This document shows positions 11,689 through 23,944 of a stretch of DNA of 42,237 nucleotides, piece by piece. The notes under the pieces are model-generated. The model worked only from the letters and a program-made list of their open reading frames with translations. It did not search any database and had not been told where the DNA came from. Positions within the stretch are counted from its first letter, which is position 1, and every line of letters starts with the position of its first letter. Source of the stretch: Halocafeteria seosinensis (Eukaryota); NCBI GenBank assembly GCA_001687465.1, contig LVLI01000270.1:1-42237 (forward strand), read 5' to 3'. A program made the translations under genes and the position numbers.

Positions 11689-13790
11689 TTACGTTCTTGC
11701 CCCAGGGGCCGATCCTTGCGTTTCAGCAGGGGAAACTCTGAGAGACTTGCCTAATAGCTGGACCCCATTCTTTTCGCGGATCGCTCGTGAGGCTATCTTT
11801 TCATCAGGGAAGCAGATCACAGCGGAGCCCCTGCAAGACAATGGCGTAAATGATAGGTGGACACTTGCAGTTTCACAATCAATGACAAACGTACGCATTC
11901 GGGTCAAACTTTTCTATATCTGCATTTGAGTAAGCACTAAATATTCTCTTTAATTCCTGGCGGTCTACCGCCATTGCTAAGTTGTTCACTAGCACCCTCT
12001 TCGTGTTGTACTCGTGTTGCGATGGTCCTGGTGGAAGTTGTGCAGCATGCTGAGATCATGTAGCGTTCAGAGTATGACAACCGGTACTTACTCGTCGTCT
12101 GTACGATCGGTGTCGCTTTAGCAGCGGCAGCATCCATTTCACTATATCCCATCCACGCGCCATGTACAACCAAGGTTGAACGTTCTCCATAATCACCCGA
12201 GTGAGGCAACTGGAGATAGGGCTCATCTCCTTCCTTCAGCTCATGGTGAGAGGGAAAGGGAGACTTTGCAATGAATTGTCCGTTAATATATGAGCAAAAC
12301 CCTTCAGGACTGTAATACAAAACCTGGTAAACCCGTAAGAGAAAACCAAAACCCTCGTGTGCGGAACTCACCTTATGTGTATCCTCAACCAGAACTTTTC
12401 ACCTTCCTTGCTCAACATGCTGATCACATTCTTCGGTAATGGTCGTCTGCATTCCATTAGGAGCAACTCAAAAACAGTCGTTTAGAGTCACACCAATTAT
12501 CAGTTCGTACTTTCCGGGCCGCCAATGAGTTGCTTCGCGAAAAGCTTGAGTTACTTGGTAACTTATTGCTTTGCCGTTTTCCATGATAGTACTTTCATGT
12601 CCTCTTTTACCACCCTCTTTAGCTCGGAGCACAATATGAAACAAGACATTCTCTTTCACCTTGTCGGGATCGATGACTAGATTCACCGCTGCGAATATTT
12701 TATGGACATCGTACGCTGTCGACTGCTTTGTCTCGCATTGTAATACCTGTATGACCCAACGAACGTGAAGAAGTAAAAGCAATAGAGCGAACCTGTATCG
12801 TATGAAACGCTAAAACATACGATAGTATTCTTGCCTCCGCGGTTAAAGGATATCGGCTTCGTCCGGGCACGCAAATTCTTCCCTTCGCTTCCATCCCATT
12901 TACTATCCAACAGAGTTGCTTGGAATAACCGCTGCGTATAAAAGCAAAACAAAAAAAGTAAAATCGCCCAGATGATTACAATAGTTTAAAGTCCACTAGG
13001 CGTCGCTCGCACTCGTACTTACAGCATCTGCTGAGTCCTCCCTGCATACAGAATATCAAGTGAACCATGAACACGACTATACGGAACAAACTCATTTGTG
13101 GAACACTTACAGGCATCGGCTTTGCTGTTGAGTTCTTTCTGTCCTCGAATTGACTGTATTTGCACTCTGCAACACGCTTTGGATGAAGCTCCCGCCACCA
13201 CGCCCAACCGACGACGGTGTAGTCGAGCTTGGTCTGGGTATACTGCTGGAAGCGCTGCCGGTCGCGCCTGTTTTGGCGTTGACGGCAGGCTTTTTCTCTG
13301 TTTGGTTTTCCTTTTTCTGGGCCGTCTGTCGTTCTAGTTTCGCCTTCTGAACCTAAACAAAGACATGAGTTGAGCACGACCGGGGTGAAGCAAGTGCATG
13401 TGAACTTACAATGTCCTGGTACTGTTTAAATCTGTTCAATAATCGCTTCTCAAAGTATTCCAGTAACTTCCTATGCTGGCTGTCAGTGAGCCTAACGTCA
13501 GACGTAGGATGCGTCTTGCTTAATTTTCGTTTTAGTTGCTCAATCGCCTCATCAGCAGCCCCATTGCTAGCACTGGCTGAGCTCCCAGTGGACGTACTAC
13601 TGGTGCTCGTGCTCGTGCTCGTGCTTGTGCTCGTTTGCTTCCCATCCAATGCGGTTTCCGCCTTGCGTTTGACCCCTACGGTGGACGCCGTAGCTGCTGT
13701 AGCTGTTGTGGTCGCAGAAGAGCCCGTAGAGGAGGATATATGAGCAGCATTTATAGGTGGTGCTGGTGTGACAGAGCCGGAAGACGACAT
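11689..13790 (-). CDS. Multi-exon protein: S/T-rich N-terminus, central galectin/ConA-like beta domain, C-terminal RRM
   Basis: Nine GT-AG exons join in frame. C-terminus RVLVNNLAMAVDRQELKRIFSAY...GSAVICFPDEKIASRAIREKNGVQLLGKSLRV fits RNP2/RNP1 of an RRM. Central AAVNLV...NVLFHIVLR...FWLRIHISPEGFCSYINGQFI resembles a galectin fold (lower confidence). Confidence 0.72.
13602..13633. repeat. Coding hexanucleotide microsatellite (GTGCTC)n encoding a Thr-Ser run
   Basis: gtgctcgtgctcgtgctcgtgcttgtgctcgt within exon 1 of the minus-strand RRM gene (TSTSTSTSTST). Confidence 0.85.
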
Positions 13791-13869
13791 CCTCTCCCCC
13801 GACTAACAAGGAATGGAATCAAAATAATTTTTGCCCCTCCAGATTCACGGACAATAATACAAGGAAAAG

Positions 13870-14023
13870 CAACAACAACGCAACGTCAATGGGGCCATAT
13901 TAATTCTATCGTGCTTTATTGTAAGCAATGAAGCTTAATCCGGGCCCATGGCCCGGATTCTCACTCATGCTCTTCCTATGAGTTATCATTGCCTACATGA
14001 GGATGCAGAGGGTGTTGTTGTTG
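13870..14023. promoter_or_regulatory. Putative symmetric bidirectional promoter between the RRM gene and COG4
   Basis: Perfect 10-bp inverted repeat AATCCGGGCC-cat-GGCCCGGATT (13937-13959), flanked by CAACAACAAC (13870-13879) and its reverse complement GTTGTTGTTG (14014-14023) about the same axis, in the 316-nt gap between divergent ATGs. Confidence 0.4.
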
Positions 14024-14106
14024 TGGTTATACCACAGAGTGAGGTATCTTTGAATATTGTGCTCTGAATGGGTTGCATGGAATGAAGTGCAGAGGGAAGT
14101 GGCGTC

Positions 14107-17100
14107 ATGGACACCGAACCGCAGCAGCCACAAGATGTCTGGGTACGTCTATTGCCATATGCGCTGTATAGGGGTGGAGCTTTAATTTCGACTAACATAA
14201 TTCTTATTTCACAGAATCTGACGGATGTTGAGGAAGTGGAAAATAAGATCCAGGAGTATCAGCAGAAACTGGAGTCCTTGGACCACCATGTAAAGAGTGT
14301 AGGAACGCAAGATAAGCGTCATTATGACGAAGATGATGAAGATAGAAGCAAAGCAGCAGGAGATGGCCATTCAAAAGCGAGTTCAGCCATTGCCGGAATC
14401 AAGTTCTCGGACAGAGAAATTGAACGTCGAACGGAAGATGTCCAACTGGCTCTGGAGTCCTTGCCCTCAATGATGGAACACACTACATACCTGTCATCGG
14501 AATTGAATAAAATCGGAGAGGAAGCTGGAAGAGCAATTAGCCGAATCAAAGTCTTAGATGCAATACAACGAAACGCGAAAACCACGCTCGCAAGAATCGA
14601 TGATATATTAGAGTTACAGAAATGCACATCCGAAGTTAAGCACGCCATTCAGGAGGGAGACATAGCCACTGCAGCAGAAAACATTCGCACCTTTCGGAAA
14701 ATCGAAACAAGACTACCCATAGACGAGCAGGAAAAACAAGAAATGAGGGATTACGAGAAGCAAATAATCTCTGCTATAATGAGTAACATGGAGGAAGCAT
14801 CACATTTTATGAAGGCTGAAGAGGTAACAAATTGTTGCCGGAGATTGGCCCAGTTAGGGTGTGCAAACTTTGGTTGGCAGAAATTAGCCAATTTTCTCAG
14901 AGTGCAGTTGTTCGGGGAATTTAAAGACCTCATGGAGAACTATATTACTTCTGATTCTCCTCAACAGAACCACATACTATCGGAACGATTTGAGGTGGCA
15001 ACTCTTCTGAAATTGGTTGAGCGTGTCAATATTTCGGATGTACAGTCATTTTTAGACCTTATATCATCCTTGTTTGGATCCGCTGTGGATACTCTGGAAG
15101 GAGGAATGGACATTGTTCGCAGCGCTCAAAACGAAGAGCTACAAAACCCGACAGCTGCTGGATCTACGCGTATTCAATCGACTGATACAGCGCAAGCAGC
15201 CAAATTCATTCTTCAGTCCTTGCATGAGTTAACAAGTGAAGTTGGGGCGAAATTACTCGATCGACTCCAATATACAGAACGAATGCAAGCATTACTACGT
15301 CTTTCGAAACTTGATACGAATGGACCACTGCAAGGTGATGGATTGGACATGCTGAAGCAGGAGAATGTGGACGTAGGTATGGATGAATTGGCATTAACCC
15401 TGCAAAGGAGTATGTCGTATTTTAGAGCATTTCTGGGAGAAGCTGAGGATTGGGATAGTGCTGTACTAGCAGAAGGGAATGCCTCTTTAAAGGTAAAATC
15501 CAGTGTTGAAGACAATAGAGAGCTATTCCAGACGGTAGGAGTTCTTGCTTCATTGTACACGCACTTTGAGCAAGCCGCTGTTCAGCGAGGCATAACAAAG
15601 GTAAGTTCGTTTACAAAATTCAAGAGGAGTATGTTACTCATATTTTACACATTACTCCTGCAGGCAATAATATATGATGAGATGGTCGAGTTAGAACCTA
15701 CCACTTCCTCAATAGCTGAAGACTCGGTGTTTGTTTTACAGAAAACCGCAAAGAGGGCCATCGCCACTGGAAATGTAGATGCGGTATGCGCCGCCTTTAA
15801 CTTCGTTGTCGACAGTCTTACTGAAACCTCTACGACATCTCTAGACGATCAGTCGCGAAAGTGCCTTGACCAAGTATTCCCTCGAGAAAGTCTCTCACAG
15901 TGGAAGGCTATTCACACGTTACGCTCAATTCTGGAACACTACGCACAATGCGATCTCAACGATGGAGCTGGAAGAAATAGGTATCGGAGTGCTCGCAGTC
16001 ATGCTGGTCAGCAGGGCTCGGCAGCTCAAGATGTTGACAGTAGCGAAACCTATACCAGCCCAGCTGTCCGAAAGGTTCTACGGGAATTTGAAGAGTTCCG
16101 TCGGTACCAAGAACAACAACAAAAACAACAAAAGAGTTCGAAGGGGTCCATCAATCAAGATAAGCCTGGCTTCCAACAATTTGGAGAAAAGCTAATAGGA
16201 GACTTCTGGGAATCTGGAGCTCCAGGCTCGCCGAGCAAACCCCGGAGCAAAGCGTCTTCCACGGGTATGTCTCCAGCGACGAAAAGTTTTGCCGCGCGTT
16301 CGCCTGTAACAAAAGGATCATCAACAGAAGCATCGTTTGAGGATTCTTCGGAGACAGTCTTTGGTGGCTTGTCGCCGGGCATAATTGCGGCAGCTTGTGC
16401 TGTCAACAGCTTCAGTACTTCGCGCCAAATGACAGAGACCCTCGTTTCTACTTTGTTTAACGAACTTGAGGAAGCTTTTCCTGACGAGTTGGAAGAAGTC
16501 TACTCGGGACAGCGAGAAAATATGAAAAATTCAGAAAATAAAGATGCTGTAAAACTGAGCATCGCCATGGAGCAATTGGAGTCCGCGCTCAATGAACTGT
16601 CTAACGCGTTAACAGAGGTTGTAGGGAGACTCTGCTCCCTGCTAAGCCCGCGTTTAAGAGGGGCAATGACTGTCATGGAGGGAAAACACAGTTTACTTCA
16701 GTACGACTTTACTGAAGAAAGCACTCGTTTGACTTATGATGTCTTCTCGAATGAGTTTCTCACGGCACTCGATCGGATATTAGATGGTTTCTTGAGAACA
16801 CTAGATGAAGAGAGTTCGCATTTATTCATGCTCCGTATCGCCTCTTATGTTTCCAAGCAGGTAAGTGTTTATGCCCTTCATATTCGCTAGGTTGTGCAGT
16901 TAGTTATCAATAGCGGGTTGTGGTTTCTTCAGATTGAATCCCATATGCTGCGGAAGCGCTTCAGCTATATGGGTGCTTTAGCGTTCGATGAGGATGTTCG
17001 CAAACTAGCTGAATTCTTCGCCTCCCGAGGAGGTCGAAGTACAAAAGAACGGCTGAGTCGGCTCATGCAAATGGCCCAGTTGCTTTGCTATGAAACTCCT

Positions 17101-17238
17101 GAAGAGATTGCGGAGTTGTTTCAAGACAGTGAAAGTAAGATGTTCTCGTGGGAGTTCACCAGCTCCGAGATTAAACAGATATTAGGTTTACGGATTGAAT
17201 ACGGGCCGGAGGATATAGAAAACCTCCCCATAACATAG
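14107..17238 (+). CDS. COG4: Conserved oligomeric Golgi complex subunit 4
   Basis: Helical-rod protein: ISRIKVLDAIQRNAKTTLARIDDILEL, TTSSIAEDSVFVLQKTAKRAIATG, C-terminal RFSYMGALAFDEDVRKL...RLSRLMQMAQLL...WEFTSSEIKQILGLR. Introns near 14143-14214, 15601-15663, 16861-16932. Confidence 0.9.
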
Positions 17239-17324
17239 TCAAGTAATTTTTGATTTTTGTGGACGTTGTATCATGCAATGAATTCACAAACCCACCACAG
17301 TGTCCTTGTGGTACATCCATCGCA

Positions 17325-18394
17325 ATGAATTGGAGGCTTGCAGGCACCGTCGCAGCTGGTGCTGCAAGCGCTGCTCTGTGGTACGCTGTCTCCTCTTTCG
17401 ACCAATACGCGGCCGTGGTCTCTATCTTGAACAGCGGTGCTGATCCGCACGAACAGAGTTGGTTCAACTTTGGGTATTGGAAAGACGTTGAAATCCGTGG
17501 ATCCCCTGAAGAGTTCCCACGCGCTGCTGCAGCGCTTGCTCGTTTAATGTATGATGCCGCCAAGATTGGCCAGTCCTCGACCAATCCAGAGGTGATAATT
17601 GGTACGTTGGGATACACAGAGGGTACCACGTCACGTGTTGCGGTATTCATGATCCTCCTACCTGGCAGACGTGGGAATTGGAGGTGGTGACCAATTACGG
17701 CTCTTGACCGAAGAAGTAGCGCCCAGGAACTCCTCTGTCGTAGGCATCACTGCCACTCGGAAACAGTACGAGTATGCTCGAACGAAAACAACGCACTTAA
17801 ATGTGTGTGGTGAACGAAAAAACTAATTGTGGCCGTGGTTATGAAGATGCTTTGGTGTGTGCGCAGAATACAAGTGTCGTGCTCGGAACTGACGCTGATT
17901 TGACGGCAACAGCGATGGAGTTAAAAAATCGTAGCAAACAACTCGGCGATGCCATAGACGCTGCTGATGCAATTACAGCCTTGGATTGCGCCTACCACTT
18001 CAATAGCCGACGCAGTTTCTTCACTCAAGCGTATGCCTCACTGAAGCGAGGTGGGAACGTAGCGCTGATCGACGTAGTTTATGCTGATGAGAAACCCGAA
18101 CGTACATGGACTAACAATGTTATCACATGGTTCGTTGAAACGCTGATGAACGTCCGCTTCGTCACTCTTAGCGAGTATAAGTACATTTTGAGAGGTGAAG
18201 GGTTCCACGACGGGACTGTCGACGACATAACTTCCTATACTTGGCCTCATCTGTCTACATGGTGCTACAAACATGCGAATCGAACAGACAAGCTCAGCGA
18301 CAAGTTGATCATGAACACAATATCATTCGCGTTTAATTTCCTTCGGAAAGTGTGTCAACTCAGAGTCGTGCTAGTCTCTGCCAGGAAGGCTTGA
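17325..18394 (+). CDS. Class I SAM-dependent methyltransferase with N-terminal hydrophobic anchor; 3 exons
   Basis: N-terminal hydrophobic segment, WFNFGYW, spliced motif I IIDVGIGGGDQ, VVGIT, ALDCAYHF, LKRGGNVALID. Confidence 0.85.
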
Positions 18395-18407
18395 GGAAGC
18401 CTCCTCC

Positions 18408-21400
18408 TTAATCTTCGCTGTTGCCAACTGTGACTGCGCCATACATGTTTGTGTCGCTCTCGTCAACATTTTGTACCGGTGTTGCAAGGCTATCAGCTTC
18501 GTCTTCACTCTCTAGTCCTTTCGACGGGGTATATGCCACGGTACTGCGGCTGACTATTGAACGTGAAGTTTGTTGTTGTGTCGCAGGCGGGGACAATGTG
18601 CCTAGGTACTCCCCAAAGGTAGCCGTACTGAAGTTCACTGGAATGGACCCAATGCTTCTTTGCTTTTTCGAGCGTATTTCCTTGGAAATGGTTGGAACCC
18701 CAAACCCATGCAAGAATGCGTTTTTCATTGAAGGTTCCTTATCCGTGTCCTTGTACTTGAGCAGGATGTTGTACTTTTCATCTAGCTCGGAGAGCATGTC
18801 TTCTTCAAAGCAAGTCGACGCTCTGGCTAACGAAAGAGCAGTATGCATATAGCGTTCTGCCTTCTCGAATTGATGGAGTCGAAAGTGAAACACACCGATG
18901 TTCCAGGCTTCCGTAGCTATCCACTCAGAATCCTGCTTACTCTGAAGGTCCTCAGAATGATCAGTAGCTACAGTTTTTGCCTGCAAACGCAGCATAAAGT
19001 ATTGAATAAAAGGGTTCTATTGCTGTTTCTTGGGGGTGTCTCACCTGGTTCAAAAGGTCCATCTTGTCAGCCTTAGGTGGCAGAATTTCCAGCAGCTTCC
19101 TACAAGAACGCATGATATCGTTTGAGTGCTGCTGGTCATTGCAGGTTGTATATCGGCGCAACCTGCAAAGCACACTTGCCGTTGTAGAAGAAATATCTTG
19201 AGCTAAGGCAATGCTATGATGGTAGCACTCACGCAATTCTGAGGAGGTTCTCCTGCAAGTCAACGTTGTCCGGCCACACTTGTTCGGAGCACTGAGACAG
19301 GTATTCAAAAACGCCCCCGTCTCCGTCTTGGGAATTATCCAACTGCTCCAATGCCTGCACAATGTGTTGAAGGGGTGATATAAACGTGCAACGGTCTTGG
19401 TAAAGATATTTGGCCGACTTACCTCCCGTACATGCTCGGCGTCCCGCTTGATTATCCTCAAGACAACCTCTGTAGAGGTCACAAGCGTGTTCCACTGCTT
19501 CACATCGAGCTGTCTCAAGTATTTCAAGAGAGAACTGGGGAATCCAGACAATATTTTTTGGGGACAAGCATCTAAGCATTCATGAGCACCTCTGCAAAGA
19601 CTAGGCAAGTGACCCTTTATCCCTATTTGCAAAATGCGTCGTTATGTATCGTCTTGCCTTTCTGGGAATCGGCTTTTGCTATCGAGGAGTAGTTCCAGCG
19701 CCAATGTAGCGTCGTCGAAAACTGATTTTTTCATCTCTGTCATCGTATCTCAACTTGTGAACGCCGTATAATTTTCTGTATGTCGTGCACAGTCCTTACC
19801 AGCGTCCTCATCGAAATTGGTCCCGTCAGCAATATTATGCAGAGCCTTCATTGCGTGCGCAGATGCTAACATGACGCTAATCATTGCATTTAAAGCTTCC
19901 TGTTGCATGCAGCTTACTAAATGTACGGAGCTTCTTGCTGGACAACTACTTGAAAACTTACGAGGTCGTACTCCTTTCCGAACTGTTTTAAAACGTTCAG
20001 CGCTAGCTCCAGACATACTGTAACCTCTGTCAAGAGTGAGTGTTGGTAACTAAGAATGGCAAATTTTAGGCTTTCACCAAAAACCCAGAGCATTTGTTGA
20101 GCGTCACCCAGTTGCTGTACACTGGACCTTTCTGAGCACTGCACAAAGATTGCGTTCAATCGAAGAAAGATATCTGCGATGTTTTTCACTGCGACTGTCA
20201 GGGATTCGGATCCTTCATCTTTCTGTTTAATGTGTAGCTCGATGAGCTCATTTGCGATTAGGAGAACTTTCAAAGCGGAATGCTCGGAAGCAGGCAGAGG
20301 GTCCCTCTCTAATAGGGATTTCAGTGGCATCTCTGCAATTTCGACTTTGCCGTACTTGATTGCTTCTGCAGCAATAGGAGTGGCTTAGCTTCGGTTCAAG
20401 GGATCAACGATCATGAAACACATACCGTGAGCAGCCAAAGCGATGTGGTGCGCAGTACAACCTTCCCCCATTAGTAGTTCCGACATTATTTCCTTAAGAT
20501 CCGCAGGATCCATCAGGGGATCTCGAATCTGGACTAGCAGGCACGCTGTATATGCATCAAGAGAGAACGAAACGAAGTTGACGACGCATACCATTGCTTT
20601 GAATTTGACCATTAGAGAGAAAATATCCTTGGACTGTTGCACTGCAGCATTTGCCAGTGCGTTTGCTGCCTCGATATTGTCATCCTGCAAGGCACAGGAG
20701 GCCTGTAGCCGATAGAGCGCACTCTTCTGCTGCGAAGTAGACACGAGAGTTCCCAAGATTTTGCTCCACTTCTGACACGCAACGAAGTCGGACTCCTCGT
20801 AACCTTCATATGCCATATTCCATAGGAGAGTTTGCCAACTTCTCCGTGTGGTCGTATCTACAGAGGAGCAGGTTCTCATCTCTTCCACAACAGACGCTAC
20901 AACCTTCCCTAAAGACTCCATGTCTTGAAACTTCTCGTTTCTCATTATAGAGACAATTATGCAATGTTGAAGGGAAGACAGCTGTGAGTTACCACTAAAT
21001 TCTTGAGAAATCAAGCTGGTGAAGCGTTCCAGTTGCTCTCCGGTGGTACAGAGGCAGCAAGGTAGGCATACTGTTTCAATGATGGTCTCCCAAGGAAGGA
21101 GGGCATTCTTCTGTTCGGTTTTCCCATCATTGCTGTCTTTTCTTATGGAAAGAATCTCCTTCAGCTCTCGCAGCGCCTCATCAAAATCCAGTTCGTCCAA
21201 TTTTATCTTAAGTTTGAATTGGATGACAGTTTTGGCTGCGAACAAACTGGAATTTTCGGAAAACTGGTTGAGCTCTTCGAGCACGTCTCGACATTTTTTG
21301 GCCTGTTCAAAGAGCATACGCGATTGTCTTGTCATGGATGGTATCTTTCTTGGTCTAGTTGCTAGTATCGCCGTACCTGTTTCTGTTCAATATAGCTCTC

Positions 21401-22740
21401 TGCCAGCAGGAGGAGTGAAGACAGTAACGGTCTGCGGGGGACGTAGACTTGGATACTAGTTACTCCTCGTCCAGGTCACTATTTTGTCTTACATGGGAGT
21501 CTCAGACGTAGACTTTTGTTCCATGGATTTAAACTCTTTTACGAGCTCTTCTAGCACGGGGATTGCAAAAGCAGTGTTTTCAGTCTGCATAACATGTTTT
21601 CCTGGTGTTTCTCGAAGGGTACATCTAATGCTACGGTTTTCCGAGAAGTACCTCAATTTTCTCCACTGCTAGGTGGTACTCTTTCAGCAGAAGTGAGTGG
21701 ACAGAATCTCTTGACGAGAAGTGAGGTATCAGTTCTTCTCTAAGAACTTTGAGACGCTGTAGAGCATTTGTCGTCCCTTCCCCGTTGGTGACCAAGTTTA
21801 GTTGCTCCATTTCTACCTCTATTGTGGCTGCAGGATTACTCCGGAAGGTTGAAGAATGTTTAATGACAATAGAACAGACTGAGGGCGACCAAAACTCTTG
21901 CTTACCTCTCTGGATAAATAGGTCAGCGATCCAGCCCATTGTTGTTTCCATCTTGCTCTCTGCGGATCGATCGTGCAGAAGTTGCGTTTGTCTCACCAAC
22001 CTTCTTGGGGACTCACTTGGAACGATTGCTTGAAGACGCGACATTCCCACTAAGTCCTGTGCAGAGATTGCATACCGATACCCCGATTGTTATGAATGGA
22101 TGAACATACTATCGTGGTTGATGACCTACCCAGGCGCGCTCTCCCATTTGCAGAATATCATGAGCCTGTACTATGCGGATGCTATGAACATTGTAGAAGA
22201 GGACTAACCAGTATCAGTTGGACATTTCCAATTACCTGTGCTGTTTGTCCTAGTTGTTGCCAGTGGACTCCACAGCGTAGAGCACATTGCATGTTTTCGA
22301 GATGCAGCTTACTAAGATGAGGCTCTGTTACAGGAAGGTTGCAGAATTGCTTCGACGGTATTTACTATACCCTTCTCTAGTCCGACGTACCAGTGAATGA
22401 GAACATCAATTTACATGCCAAGGAACGTATGGAAGCCACTGTTTCCTTTATAGTGTCGTTATGCATTCGCGTACTCCTGGCCCGGTTATACATAAGTACT
22501 GCCATTCTCCTGAAAATTGAACACAGTTGATAGAGTTAGTGACAAAATCATGTTCAATGACCGCGTAATTTACCTCAGCTCAGACTTTCTGGTTGTGCTA
22601 AGCTCAATAGTCCTCAATTTTCCCAGCAAGAACGATTCCTGTTCCTCGAATTCTTGTAGTGTCAAACCATCCTCCGCCGCAGTCTTAATGATGTTGGCAA
22701 ATATTTCTCCCACCTCGTGTACAGACGATACCCCAGACAT
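18408..22740 (-). CDS. ZIP4: Meiotic TPR-like protein ZIP4/SPO22/TEX11
   Basis: About 14 exons join in frame. N-terminal LMYNRAR...VASIRSLACKL and CGVHWQQLG, LLLLAESYI, LLWNMAYEGYEESDFVACQKW, SALYRLQASCAL, C-terminal EWIATEAWNIGVFHFR...AERYMHTALSL, matching the TEX11/ZIP4 W-x4-WNxG...AExW/Y...AL signature. Confidence 0.82.
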
Positions 22741-23944
22741 GTTTAACACTGATAATCCTTTGTAACACAAAGTATACAGTAATACTGCCCATACAAAATG
22801 CTTGATGAAAATGCCACCGATTCCTTTTTCTGGTAAAAAGCAATTCTCGATTCACTGGCTATGCAATTGTTGCCATTAATGGATCACAAATGAATTTCGT
22901 AAGAGGCTTCGTACACCTTTACTTAAGTAAGTTAGCAGCATATCTCTTTGTTGCAACAAACACAGCTCTATACTATGGTATGAACCCAGCCAAGAAAGAG
23001 GAATTCTAGAGCAGTTTTTCTCTACGCTCTGGATGGGAATTCCATTGGGAATTCTGGACTGCTTCAACGTGGAATTCAACAAAGGTTACCGATATTTTAA
23101 CTAAGTATTTAAAGCATACTGTCACGACAAGATATTCGCAACTGTAGTCCTTATTAAACATACGCGAGTGCAACATACATACTGGTATGTATACTTATCA
23201 GTAGCTAGCCCCGAGGAACAGATGTGACCAGAATGTCCCTCACCCCACAGAAGGAACCTTATGGGTTCGATAGGATATTTAGCATGCTTTTTCATTATGA
23301 TGAATGGATAGTAGCCACTTCTTGAACTCCAGAACTGCAACTGATTCACTATATTCTTCGGGAGTTTACCCATGTGTGTACTTTGTTACCCCGCCACGTC
23401 TGTAGCACGGTCGGCGTCAATGCCATGCATTCATGTCATCGCAACCATTTCCAACCTCACTCCACATGCCATTCTTGTTTGGTGATACTCAATAGTACTT
23501 TGGATGAGAGGCTAAACAAAAATGGAACCCGACAAGCTGTTGTAACTTGCGCGTGATGTCGCTCCTTGGTCGCACAGGCTCGCAAGCAAGCCAGCGTTAG
23601 GGTTGTATTGTAAGTCAACATGGTGTAACACAGTTTGTATTGATTGTTCGAAGTGGTGAATACGTTTGCTATAAGACAGACTGATAAGGTGCACGAGTCA
23701 ACAATTTATGAGATCACTCTTGGCGCTTTATAAAGCGACTAGATTGGCAAAACTGTTGACTGTTGAATCAGCCACACAAGTGCATAGACGCAATTTCAGG
23801 AGGTTCCACCTCTGCGCATGATTAAGTAAGTAGTTTGAAATGCGCTAACAGCTACGAGTTTGGAAGTGGTCATTGTATCGTATCGTTCGACTTGAGTCTG
23901 TGTCTTCAACCGGTGGTTTTTGTTCAGCTTCGGCGCAGCGGATA

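Noticed and set aside
421..22785. Shared 11-mer TACAGTAATAC upstream of SPS2 and ZIP4
   Set aside because: Many 11-mer matches are expected by chance in 42 kb, and orientation and distance to the genes differ.
22800..23900. Short ORFs (22876..23082, 23122..23373, 23512..23694) as genes or a fifth array paralog
   Set aside because: No leader/TM core motif, no consistent splice model and no recognisable similarity; treated as intergenic.
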